DNA from: a virus
Strand: one strand, 5' to 3'
IMG/VR virus record: IMGVR_UViG_3300043774_000178
Span: 32,001-96,000 of that record
DNA length: 64,000 nucleotides
In this document: piece by piece, positions 12,401-21,700 of the stretch
How the letters are laid out: each line of letters starts with the position of its first letter
Position numbering within the stretch: position 1 is the first letter of the stretch
Made by a program: the position numbers and the translations under genes
Notes under the pieces: model-generated
Databases searched by the model: none
What the model was told of the DNA's origin: nothing
The model's input: the letters and a program-made list of their open reading frames with translations, nothing else

Positions 12401-15400
12401 CTGCTCAAGACTTTATCAATAATAGTTTTAATCTTAAAACTTACGGTGCAAAGCTTGCTAAAGATTTAAAAGATGATAACTATAACTCTTTCTTCTTTGA
12501 CGGTACTTTAAACTCAGCAGTAATTCAGGATATAGAAAGAGAATCCGTTTACTTAACTGAGATAGAAGAAGCATTAAGAGAAGACTATACTGAGAGTCTT
12601 AAAAAGTTTAATTATACTGACAAGCAAGTTAAAGAAATAGTAGATAAGAGAATTAAGGAAGAGATAAAAGCATACAAGAAAATGACTGAAGGTGATGGTG
12701 CTGGATACATTACTCTTGATGCATATAGAACTCTTAAGAAATTATCTAATGAGTGGACTGATGATGTTCAGGAAAAGATTTATCAAGACATCATTAATGG
12801 AAGACCGGTTAAAGCAAAAGATATAAAAGAATTCTTCCCTGTATACAAACTTCAGTATTTTGGAAATATAGATACAGGAAAAGATAATCTTCCTGTTACA
12901 GCAATGCATAAGTTTGCACTTACTCCTTTGATACCAAGTGTATTTAAAGGTACAGAGTTAGAGAAGATGCATAAAGAAATGTTGAGAAACAATGTTCAGT
13001 ATGTAACATTCCAATCTGGTTCTAAAGTATCTGGTGTAACAAGCAATGGTAAAGTTGATGATATCTATGCAGACAGTGAGAGAAAGACTCTAAAAGATAA
13101 AATGGAGTTCACTCCTAACAAAATCTATTTAGAATATCTTAAAGATGTAACTAAAGTACCTAATAAGTTTAAAGAAACAATTACATATCCTACTCAGCTT
13201 AGAGGACTTCTTTTAGATGGTATCTATAATGAAGGAAACATAATTGATAAAGTATTTACAGAACCTGCAAATCAGTATAAGAATGCAGTTGATGGTTATT
13301 CAGAGTTGCTTAAGATTGAGTTGCTCAATGAAATAGGATATGAGTACGATGAGAAAACAGGTAAGTACACAGGGAATCTTCAGGACTTCCTTGAAATGGT
13401 TCAGAAAGAGTTAGAGAAAAGAGATCTTCCTGAACAACTTGTTAAGTTCGTAGGAGTAAATTTGGACAAGAGTCTAAGAACAGACTTATCTCTACACTTA
13501 GAAGCAGATACAATAGAAAAGATTCTTTTATCTGTAGTTCAGAAAAGACTTATTAAGCAGAAAGTAAAAGGAGAAGCTTTTGTACAGATACCTAGCTCTA
13601 TGACTAATGGGGGTTGGGGAAGTAAATTTAAGCTAGGTACAGTAGAGGACAGAAAGAAATTTATGGGTTCCAATACTCTTCCTTTCTATAAAAGAAATAA
13701 AGGAGGAAAGACATCTGCTATGAAAGTAGCTGTGGCTTTGCAAGGTGACTTTGAAAATTTACTTAAGCTTAAATATAATGATGAGGTAATAGGTGATATC
13801 AATACTCTAAATGAGGCAATTAAGGATGATGCTTGGTTAGAAAAACATAGAGAAGCTATAACACTTGCTGGAGCACGTATTCCTATTCAGAACCTTAACT
13901 CAATGGAATTTGCAGAGGTCTATCACTTCTTAGATCCTACTGCAGGTAACATGATTATAGTACCTACTGAGATTGTAGCTAAAGCAGGATCTGACTTTGA
14001 CGTTGATAAAATCTTCTTTAGTTTACCACACATTGATAAGAAAGGTAGATTTATTAAGACTAAGCTGACTAACCAAGAGTTAGAAGCTAAAATAAAAGCT
14101 GCAAAGAAACCTAAAGAAAAAGCTGCAGTTAAAGCTTTGATTAAAGAACAGAAACAAGCTTTAGAAAATAACCTCATAAGTACAACAAGAGGTATCCTAG
14201 AAGTAGATAAAAACTATTCAAACCTTGTAAGACCTAATGCTACATATCTAATGCAGGATATGGTAGAGTCCTTAGAAGATTATGTAGTTGACTACAGTAG
14301 GTATAATACTATGCACGATGAGGGTATAAGAATGTTTACTGATAATGACGGTAAACAGAAAAGAGTTATTAGTCCAACAAGAACACTTGAAGCTAGATAT
14401 AATTTACAGAAGCATCAGGTAAACATGGTAGGTAAAGATACTCTTGGTATTGTAGCTCTTGAAAACAAACAGCATCCTATTTGGAAATCTATAATGGCTA
14501 AGATGCCTCTTTTTTACAAAGAAGCAGTTTGGAGTAATGGATTAGGTAAGTATGTTGAAATACCTGAGATAGACAAGTTTATGTATCTCAGAATGAATCA
14601 TAATAAGATAGGTGATAATATCTCTATGTCATCCATGTATTCAAAAGATGGAGACAGAATATCAGATCTTATATCTCATATGATGAATGGTCTTTTAGAT
14701 GTAGAAAAAGATCCTTGGGTATTCTTTATTCAAGCTAACTTAGAACAGATACCTGTAATTAACTATTTACTTCAAGCAGGTGTACCTAAAAAAGAAGCAA
14801 TATACTTTGCTGCTCAACCTGCAGTAAGAGAGTATGCTAAAGTACAGAGAAACCTTAAGAGTACATTCTCTGCATTCAATAGTGCAACACCTATCAATGA
14901 AGCAATGATAGCAGCACAAGCTGCAAAAATTGTATTTGAAAATAATTTTGGTAATAGCTCTTTAGGTGAACAAGCTAGAGATGAGCGTCTTGGTCAAGTA
15001 TTTGACAAGTTTAAAAACAAAGATGTTTATATAACTTATGGTGTAAAAGGTACAAGTGAAGTTTATGAGGGTCCTCTTAAAGGTTTTGAAGACTTTTATT
15101 TTACATATAATGTAGCTAATAAAGTTCCAATTTTTATTAAAGGTATCAATGAAGCAAAAACAGGAAGAATATTATTTCAGCCTTCAGTAAATCCTGTAGC
15201 ATCAAGTAACATTTACTATAGTTCAAAAATTGTAAATGGTGCAAAAAACTTTACAGAAGAAGAGTTATATGATAATATTAAGAATAACAGATTTGATCTA
15301 GGATCATTCTTACATTTCTTAGAAATTGAGCAACAAATAAAAGGTATCCAAGCTGTTAAAAGACAAGCTAATCCAGATACTAAACTTGTAAAAACTGCAT

Positions 15401-18400
15401 ATCAAATTAACAAGCAAGAACTTGCATATGAGAATGTAGTTGATTCTTCTAAAGTAGATAATGATTTACCAGTAGCTATTAGGGAAAGATCTATCTTAAG
15501 CTCATTCTATGCTAGTAAACTAACAAAAGATTTAGTAACTCCTGTATTTCCTTTAAGATTAAATAATGAGATAAATGACTTTATCACAAATAGATTAAAT
15601 TTTGGAAGTCAGAGAATCAAGAAAAGATTTGGTGCAGGAGTAGATGGTCAAGAGAAGTTTACATCTAGCTTTAACAATGGTGTAGTTAATTATATATTCC
15701 AGAACTATCTTTCTAACTATATAGATAATAGTGGTAAAGCTACAGTTCTCCCAACTGTTTATAGGGAGATGACAGTAATCAGTGCTCCATTTAAAGAAGG
15801 AGACAATGAGTACTTTATACATGTAGACAAAGCAAATAAAACTATTAACGTAGACCTTGAGGAGTTAAAAGATATCTATGATAATGGTTTATACTTAAGA
15901 AGCAATAGAGAAGAAGGTAGCTACAATGATATAGGTTTATATAGCTTTATTGATGCTAACAATCCTTTTGATACATTTGAGTCCTTTGTACGATACACTA
16001 TTGAAGAAGCACACCTTAGAAGCATATATACTCCTGAGAGTCTTAAGGGTAATAAAACTTATGAAAGATATGAGAAAATAGTTAAGAGAGGTCTTAAAGA
16101 TGCAAAGCAATCAGAAATAGATGCTAAAGCATTTAATGCATATATAGCACAGAGAGCATTACTAAATGTTTACAATCCTAATGCTATAATGAAAACAGAT
16201 CTCTTCTCATACTCAGATCAAATCATGAGTGTAATAGAAGACTATCAAGGAACATCTCTCATGGATACGTATCCTATACTAAATCAATTTGAGATAGCAC
16301 AGTTCCCAGCAAAAAGAGGAGTTAAACTTATTACACTAAAAGATAAGAGTTTAGCAGAAGGTGATGTAGCATTTGGATACTATCAACAACTAAGACAACT
16401 TGGTGATATAAATATCAGAAAAGTAAATGACCCAGTAGAGAACAAAAGAATCAGTGATCTATTTAAGGTCTTTACTAATATGATGATATATCAACATGGT
16501 ATAGGATATAGTCCATATGGATTCCCTAAAGTACTAGACCCGGACCCATTTGTAGAAGTAATGAGAAATGCCAGTGCTAGATTTATGCAGGGTAATCTAA
16601 ACAATGATACTTTATCTAGTATATATGAAACAGTAGTATCTGATAGTCCATTACAAAAAGACTTTAGAAACTATGTAAAAACTGTTGAAGAGTTTAATAA
16701 AGGTGTTAAAGAAATAGATAACAGTTCTGAAAACCCAGAAGAGATAGAAGGAGAAAGTGAAGGTACATCTACTCAACCAACAGCCCAACCTGCTACAGGA
16801 GGAACAATTAGTTCCACTATATATGAACTTAATCCTAATATTACAGAAAAAGAAATTAAGAAGATATATAACAACTATGTTGCTCTAATGAATCTTAGGA
16901 GAGAAGGTAAACAGATAAGTTATAAAACTTTTAAAAGTCTTCTGGACTCTTACCAAGTATATAAATATAAAGACACTTATATATTTGGACAGTATGATAA
17001 TAAGAATGCGGTGTTTATTACAAGGATGAATAGTTCTCCAACTAGTAAAGAATTGCTAGCAGAAGCTATACCAAATCTTGTAAGTAAGGGATTAGACTTT
17101 ATGTCTTTTGTACCTAAAGATTATGCAGAAAAATTAGTAAGAAGTGGATATACATCTTCTACTGACTCATATTCTTATAATTTCAAGGGAGAAAAGATGC
17201 AAAAGTTTGCTGTAGCATCCAATCCTTTAATCTTCCAAAAAGTATTTAACAAGAAGTTTGATGAAGTAACTGCAGAAGAAATAGAAGATTATGCTGACTC
17301 AGTTGAGTTAAAGTATAAACCGGTTGAAATAAATGCTGATCTTATACAACAAGCAGGTAATGATCTTTCTAAAGTCTTAGAAACTTATCTTGGACAATTT
17401 GGAATACGTGTTGATGACATAAATGTTATAAAGGATAAACTAAAAGTTGATGAATTAGGTTTTGCAGATATACTATCTAAAGTTGCATATGTAAAAGATA
17501 AAAAAGATTTACCACCAATAGCTGGAGAATTCATTGCTTACATGATGCAGTATAATCCTTTAGTTCAGAGTATTGTAAATGATCTGATTCAGACTAATGC
17601 TATACTTATACCTAAAGACAGTTATACATTTAACGAGCAAGGGAATAAAGTTTATAACTATAAGTCTCTTGATAAAACAGAGTTCTTTAAATACATAGGT
17701 AAGTTAATCTCAGAAGATCTACAAAACAAACTTGAGGGTAACTATAATAAGTCTCTAGTACAGAAAATCAAAGACTTGATAAAAACATTCTTTGACTACA
17801 TTAATAGAACTCATATTGATAGGATAAATACTAATGTAGGTATCATATCAAATAACATCCTTCAACAGAACAAGAAGTTGATCACTTCATCTTTATATAA
17901 ACCTGGAGCATTTGGGCAACCAACTCAACAGGTAGATATTGAGTTTGCATTAAAACAAGATCAATTTGGAGCATCTATTATATACTCTTTAGCAAATGAA
18001 GGATTCATACTTACAGGAAGTACTGCACTATCAGAACAAGGTACAATCCTAAGACCTGATGAGAATCCTCTCCATGATATTGATTGGGTAAGTCCATTTA
18101 ATAGAAAGGAAACTGAAGAGAAGTTCTTAAAAGTATATCCAGATGCTGTTAAAGTAAGAGACATATATGGGGAAGGTTATATAACTGATAGCTATCTTAT
18201 TGCACCTGAAGGACACTCAATAGCTAATTATAAAGCTGATAACTTTAACGGTAAAATAATTATGAATTCCTATGATGTACTAGATAGTAGTGGTGCTGTA
18301 GTAGGTACATACCGACTACAGAAACAAGAGAATAATAATCAAATGGAAGAAGTTGTTACAGGTGTAGAAGGTAAAGTTATTGACTTCTTTAGTTATGAAA

Positions 18401-18672
18401 ACTATAATGACTTTAACAGAGGAAAAGCTTTTGAGTATACTTCAAAACAAGGTACAGTAATTAAGCTTGCAAACTGGAAAGACATCTTTGGTGCCAAGTT
18501 AGCATGGGCTAGATATAAGGACATATGGGATTACAATAGATTTATTCCAAATGAAAATATAGAAAAGATAACTGGTAACCAGCCTGGTGCAAATTTAAGT
18601 TCTTATGAAAATAAAAATGCTCCTGATGGACTTCCTCCAATTGATAGAACATCCCCTTCATGTGGAGGGTAA
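6460..18672 (+). CDS. Virion-packaged two-barrel RNA polymerase polyprotein with zincin (HEAWH) domain and C-terminal nucleotidyltransferase
   Basis: Catalytic GSDFDVDK (13987-14010) preceded by RIPIQ and EGDGAGYI, as in crAss-like virion RNAPs (phi14:2 gp66 type). HEAWH at 9088-9102 with downstream EEELAEDF. ATG at 6460 preferred over the TTG at 6442, which overlaps the previous gene. Confidence 0.9.
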   Translation: MKITCALSPTQLEKLYKLVYKNIITAVEKGDTTFDPNVYMQDLFTKMADNSSEDNAAKFIQQVPILLVSIQATPKVFRSGIKFPEGTDLRELDSRYTNSETGIGEILKDFGSSNINDLRSKVQMNARTQFDPTERDLEEQEIPSAPRLTSFNPNTGTLIEFQPVKPGKKAEDVLFQESINENRTTIYTTINRLRDAVDPTTQLVKDLVYQNRTLRLKAVPLETIDRDLLDQTTLKAIERSQVLRADKKTQAGVVQTDSMVALVVIDAETGDFVKFDETGDITDNVEGKIVYQFLRPIAKDSNGKYVVTDFFAKERRIAKPDLVATKTYFPEMGISYEEYLKQVDKEQQEDFKKIEELRKKVLSGEDIELSIISVTDGIAPSETGIRLTIQKINDNYYGDLNWESIFKTTRILNKKEKGLGEGVAVVEIKGKEYAIDRKDIPNDKAEEISYVLTNPNIPFETRLSFYHQFFGDKISPSAVSHKITYDVDTKEFKIFIYNETYAQNKNRKEPRGIDISDAALKKASPEFLEKLRYNIEQRLKKGKSSVSGTMYAAKMSYVSDLFKGNKAFFTYDINTQEFTPTNYTKFITSLNPEITTALEGTENFNASIVFNMPSSIESKIEQTNKNLKAEKEDPELSVKENKDDLVSYLKTVGDAETALVDTLNITESKSGSTLTFTSPSNGSEITVGLDPKAIDENLIPEKEGIITLGLATVETDDIYVEDAIEVFHNGQLIGYVRETSTPQERVEREKFYKDKKKEILAQRLAEQNQILNPTNVTQPSDTKQKPGKKTKIDPSKFSGLNRSNLLDNGVTQEQITAAEKWWSSHPLNKVIGLEHLTNIVNSNAFARFTSSAQKLTDPSLLGKITFYKGGSLVDIYHEAWHAFSQLYLTRDEKIKLYEEVRRATPKLADASQREIEEELAEDFRTYAKNQKVKKDSPVRNSLFRKILNFIRSFFGKNPASQEVSNNLSDNTVVKELYDKLFFANQNPSLLNDYTPLIDNVMFDSLNRGPQRVDNRKEQALSKADADKAVESLDSILSDYIDEIHDVRKSQGDANLKSGSIALLSSQVGEDGITNKERLYDYAKSEFQDKLEYWQDQLGEISGANFNKLNSVEEIERNAIGIIRSEKGKHKYFFLTSQVENFDNLIPELKRGQRVKGQAYYNINVVSDFYSHKNIKVGDRPITIALVSDVRDAEIQYDNYIKGGNQDVTIFEQKNQPNLVPLTPEQQAIQNKVRLLEKVLENWGDANTGFVKYHMENSDFDIIKETFVEVEYDEAGVEVDETSPEDGKGSDDTFNDKTGKVSLEKLANKETVYLLKSLFKIDRKTGETIEDSLGFKQRADYREVWNAVVRAMGGEKNRVKAYEKLKKAVSHTPELKQLIEKKFPMPEGITNPYEFNISSSFWQTFSRPRVPYLQLTAYMNVEKVYDPISGSETSKVRSVNTEVTTASVEVSSTLRKFETKFKTDLNNPYVTRTASNETLLKVQEVAKAFANKKTADLNVADSFNFARAIGFYVDDLLSIKKELKDNPGQYGLQYIYDVVKGFAAIEAKGAEATVEQSKKLLEFKRNPVQVLSSEIPKGILGDKSVNMSTNVDRLAKLQINLGVDSSNYSVFSADRNKVFEFINDHSISRMVDAINDVNKLTELWTESEYKYMSYLDWNKNTFTQKSQILKSLFDFTDPEFEKREGKSLKLFNDSGTQAVINENGRTEFFTGTNTTSQDINGKFIQELHMMLKGGVQEFIRHASKKTAQGVKVDGGIIGGIEKGIDPNLYVDISMFKPDGAGVSYAFNQILLPYITVEFDRIQKFKANKEKYLNFLGYNNRVGGTKENPIYAGEVFTAFDNVITDSVKQKLYNLPLGTDLNAYLRSNPSLRLELQRDVEQYFKEQTLDNISMLEENKFIDSSLFDKLGMPAPVNETREQKLTREKEAEALLVKAYTYNSWIHNFETIHLFYGDMAQYNHIKEELHKRNTGSTSGGIKFLSDKPAQDFINNSFNLKTYGAKLAKDLKDDNYNSFFFDGTLNSAVIQDIERESVYLTEIEEALREDYTESLKKFNYTDKQVKEIVDKRIKEEIKAYKKMTEGDGAGYITLDAYRTLKKLSNEWTDDVQEKIYQDIINGRPVKAKDIKEFFPVYKLQYFGNIDTGKDNLPVTAMHKFALTPLIPSVFKGTELEKMHKEMLRNNVQYVTFQSGSKVSGVTSNGKVDDIYADSERKTLKDKMEFTPNKIYLEYLKDVTKVPNKFKETITYPTQLRGLLLDGIYNEGNIIDKVFTEPANQYKNAVDGYSELLKIELLNEIGYEYDEKTGKYTGNLQDFLEMVQKELEKRDLPEQLVKFVGVNLDKSLRTDLSLHLEADTIEKILLSVVQKRLIKQKVKGEAFVQIPSSMTNGGWGSKFKLGTVEDRKKFMGSNTLPFYKRNKGGKTSAMKVAVALQGDFENLLKLKYNDEVIGDINTLNEAIKDDAWLEKHREAITLAGARIPIQNLNSMEFAEVYHFLDPTAGNMIIVPTEIVAKAGSDFDVDKIFFSLPHIDKKGRFIKTKLTNQELEAKIKAAKKPKEKAAVKALIKEQKQALENNLISTTRGILEVDKNYSNLVRPNATYLMQDMVESLEDYVVDYSRYNTMHDEGIRMFTDNDGKQKRVISPTRTLEARYNLQKHQVNMVGKDTLGIVALENKQHPIWKSIMAKMPLFYKEAVWSNGLGKYVEIPEIDKFMYLRMNHNKIGDNISMSSMYSKDGDRISDLISHMMNGLLDVEKDPWVFFIQANLEQIPVINYLLQAGVPKKEAIYFAAQPAVREYAKVQRNLKSTFSAFNSATPINEAMIAAQAAKIVFENNFGNSSLGEQARDERLGQVFDKFKNKDVYITYGVKGTSEVYEGPLKGFEDFYFTYNVANKVPIFIKGINEAKTGRILFQPSVNPVASSNIYYSSKIVNGAKNFTEEELYDNIKNNRFDLGSFLHFLEIEQQIKGIQAVKRQANPDTKLVKTAYQINKQELAYENVVDSSKVDNDLPVAIRERSILSSFYASKLTKDLVTPVFPLRLNNEINDFITNRLNFGSQRIKKRFGAGVDGQEKFTSSFNNGVVNYIFQNYLSNYIDNSGKATVLPTVYREMTVISAPFKEGDNEYFIHVDKANKTINVDLEELKDIYDNGLYLRSNREEGSYNDIGLYSFIDANNPFDTFESFVRYTIEEAHLRSIYTPESLKGNKTYERYEKIVKRGLKDAKQSEIDAKAFNAYIAQRALLNVYNPNAIMKTDLFSYSDQIMSVIEDYQGTSLMDTYPILNQFEIAQFPAKRGVKLITLKDKSLAEGDVAFGYYQQLRQLGDINIRKVNDPVENKRISDLFKVFTNMMIYQHGIGYSPYGFPKVLDPDPFVEVMRNASARFMQGNLNNDTLSSIYETVVSDSPLQKDFRNYVKTVEEFNKGVKEIDNSSENPEEIEGESEGTSTQPTAQPATGGTISSTIYELNPNITEKEIKKIYNNYVALMNLRREGKQISYKTFKSLLDSYQVYKYKDTYIFGQYDNKNAVFITRMNSSPTSKELLAEAIPNLVSKGLDFMSFVPKDYAEKLVRSGYTSSTDSYSYNFKGEKMQKFAVASNPLIFQKVFNKKFDEVTAEEIEDYADSVELKYKPVEINADLIQQAGNDLSKVLETYLGQFGIRVDDINVIKDKLKVDELGFADILSKVAYVKDKKDLPPIAGEFIAYMMQYNPLVQSIVNDLIQTNAILIPKDSYTFNEQGNKVYNYKSLDKTEFFKYIGKLISEDLQNKLEGNYNKSLVQKIKDLIKTFFDYINRTHIDRINTNVGIISNNILQQNKKLITSSLYKPGAFGQPTQQVDIEFALKQDQFGASIIYSLANEGFILTGSTALSEQGTILRPDENPLHDIDWVSPFNRKETEEKFLKVYPDAVKVRDIYGEGYITDSYLIAPEGHSIANYKADNFNGKIIMNSYDVLDSSGAVVGTYRLQKQENNNQMEEVVTGVEGKVIDFFSYENYNDFNRGKAFEYTSKQGTVIKLANWKDIFGAKLAWARYKDIWDYNRFIPNENIEKITGNQPGANLSSYENKNAPDGLPPIDRTSPSCGG

Positions 18673-18702
18673 TTAGTATCTTAGTATAATAATCTTTAAG
18701 AA

Positions 18703-21700
18703 ATGCCTTGCAGAATACAAATTGAAGAAAAAATAAGGACTCAAGCAGAAGATGCTATCAGACCTTATAGAGGAAGAGACTACATAAAGCTAAGAGTAGA
18801 AGCTAGTAACGTAAATAAAAGATATGGTTACCCTGTTGTACAAGTATCACAATGGGAAGCTGACATCTATGATGTAAATGTAAATGTTCCTGAGCCTTTG
18901 ATTGAAGAGTACTATCAGAATGAACTCAGAAAAGAAGAGGAAGAAGCAAGACAAAGTCAGATAGAAGATGCTGAAAGAGCAGGTGAAATATATAATGATA
19001 GATACCTGTTTGATAATAAACAACTTGTCTTAAAGACAATGGCAGAGCAAGGGGTTGATGACTATGATGAAGTCATGAGATCTCTTAAAGAAGATAGAAT
19101 AATGCAAGTAGCCAAACTCCTGGGAGAAAGATTCCAGAAAGCATTTGGTATACCACATGAAGTTATCACAGCAGCACAAGCAAGAGAGTTATTAAGAGGT
19201 ACTAATATACCTTACACAGGTGAGGCAGCATTCTATTATGGGAATGTTATATATGTAGTAGAAGGTAATATGAAACCTAGTGCAATACTTCATGAGTATG
19301 CACACCCTTTTATTCAAGCATTAGAAAAAGATAATCCACAGTTATTTGAAAGATTGTTTTACAATCTAGCTACCTATGATGTAGGTCAACAAATCATTCA
19401 AGAGATAGAGTCTAAGTACCCTGAGCTTGAAGGAGATACGCAAAGATTTAAACAAGAAGTTTTAGTTACTGCACTTGAGAGAGCAGCACTAGATAACTTA
19501 GCTGAAATAGAAAAGAATGATCCTGACTTTGACAACTTCATTTCTCAGTTATTATATGCTATAAAGAAGATAATAAGAAAGCTTGTAGATAAAGTAAACT
19601 TAAAAGAGCTTAGTCCTAATACTACAATGGAAGAGCTTGCTGATATGTTTCTTGATCCACAGTTTGTAATTGAAGTTCCTAAGTTCTCAGAAGATTCCTT
19701 TGTATACTTTAAAAAGAATCTTAGTGATTTTACTACACAGCTTCAAGACATAAAGTATGATTCTCTAATTGATACAATTAATAGAGTACATCAGGAAGCT
19801 AAGTATGAGATTGCAGCAATTAAAGCAGCACCTTTTAGATTAACAAAAGAACTTTCTGGTAAGGATGGTATAAAATTATTAAGAGGTGTAGAAGGAAGTT
19901 TAAAAAACTTTCAGACATATGAAAAAGATCCATCAAAAGCTGATCCTCAAGTAGTAGCTGATGCTATGTTAGACCATACGGAAGAGTTTAATAAAAGAGC
20001 ATTAGCATTGATTAACAGCATGAATGAGATGGAAGTCTTTGCTGAGAATATTGAGAAGGTTCTTGATGAGATGAAAGAAAACAAGGAGCACTTTACTTCT
20101 GTAGGTATCTCCAAGATAATGTACTTCAAAGATTTTATAGCAAGACAAAGTGAGTTCATAGATGAGATAAAGGAAATATCCGGGCTCAAGAAAACAAATG
20201 AGTTCTATAAGAAACTTAACTCTATTGACAATACACTACAGGGTGCATCAAAACAGATTAAGAGATTACAAAGAGAGTTTGTAACAGACTTCTTTGGTAA
20301 ATCTACTAATCTTATGACTACTAATCTGGAAGAAGGTATAAAGGAAAGGATTACTAAGGTATTTAAAGCAGATGGTCTTAGTGATGAGATGATTAATGAG
20401 TTTTACAAAACAGTAATTAATACTCCAAACGGTAAAACTATTACAATTAAAGATGCAAACTATCCTCTCAATCCTAAGAGAGCTCAGAGACTAATCAATG
20501 AAGTAAATGAATACTTTGCTAAAAGACTTGGTAAAGAACAGATAGATGATTTTATAGAAGGGAGAAGAGATGACTTAGGTTTCTTTAGTGCATGGATTAC
20601 TCCTTATGCAAATATTGATGATCCTCTAGTAGGTTCATTTGCAAACTTTATAAAAAGAGAACTAAAGAAAGCAGAGAATAAAAGTTTAAGACAAGCAAAT
20701 GATATTGCTCAAAGAACTTTTCAGTTACTTAAGGATGTAGGATATAATCCTAATAGTACAGGGCAGCTAGCTAAGATGGTTTTATTTACAGATAAGGTAG
20801 GTACCTTAAATGATAAAGGAGAGTATGAAGAGTTTGAGGTTAGAAGTTTCATGGACAAGTTTAAAAACTGGAGATATGAAAGAGGAAAACTTCAGCATGA
20901 GTTTGATGAGGCTAGAGAATCTAAAGATAAAGATGCAATTAAAAAAGCTTATGATGCTCTTTTAGAGTTTGATGAGAAGTACATGCATAGAAGGTATAAG
21001 AAAGAGTACTATGATTTACAAAAGATTTGGAAAGAAGGAGCAAGAGTAATTGACCCCTTTACAAAGGAAGAGATAGTTGTTTCTAAAGAAGATGCATTTC
21101 AGGCATGGTTAGAAAGACAAACAGCACTAGATAAGTTATCAGTTGTAAAGAATGTACACTTTACTGAGTTAGAAGATGTAGAAGGTTTCTCAATGGCTGA
21201 TGCAGCTAATGCTGAATACCAAAGATTATTTGATGTATATAATCCAGACAATACACCTAAGACTGGTGAAGAGCTTAGAAAAACTTTATTAAGAAGATTC
21301 TACAGATCTGAATCAAGAAAGTTCTATGAGTATCCTATAAGTATGGATAGAGTACAGCAAGATCTAGATAACTTTATAATTAAACTTGCTGGTGAAGGCA
21401 TCACATTAGAAAACAATGAAGAAAAGTTTAATGAAAAACTTGAGAAGTTTATAAGCGTAAACTTCAGAACAGCATATACAGATGAGTACTATTCTGAAAA
21501 AAGAAGAATACTATCTGATATTAGAGCAATCAACAATAGAGCAAAAGCTAATCAAGATATTCTAGATAAAAGAGAAGACTTAAGTAAACAGTTATTTGAG
21601 TTAGTAAATCTTGTACTTGATAAGAATGGTCAACCTAATGGTATTGAGTTTACTCCTGAGCAGATAAAAAGAGTTAAGACACTAGAAGAAGAAATAGCTA

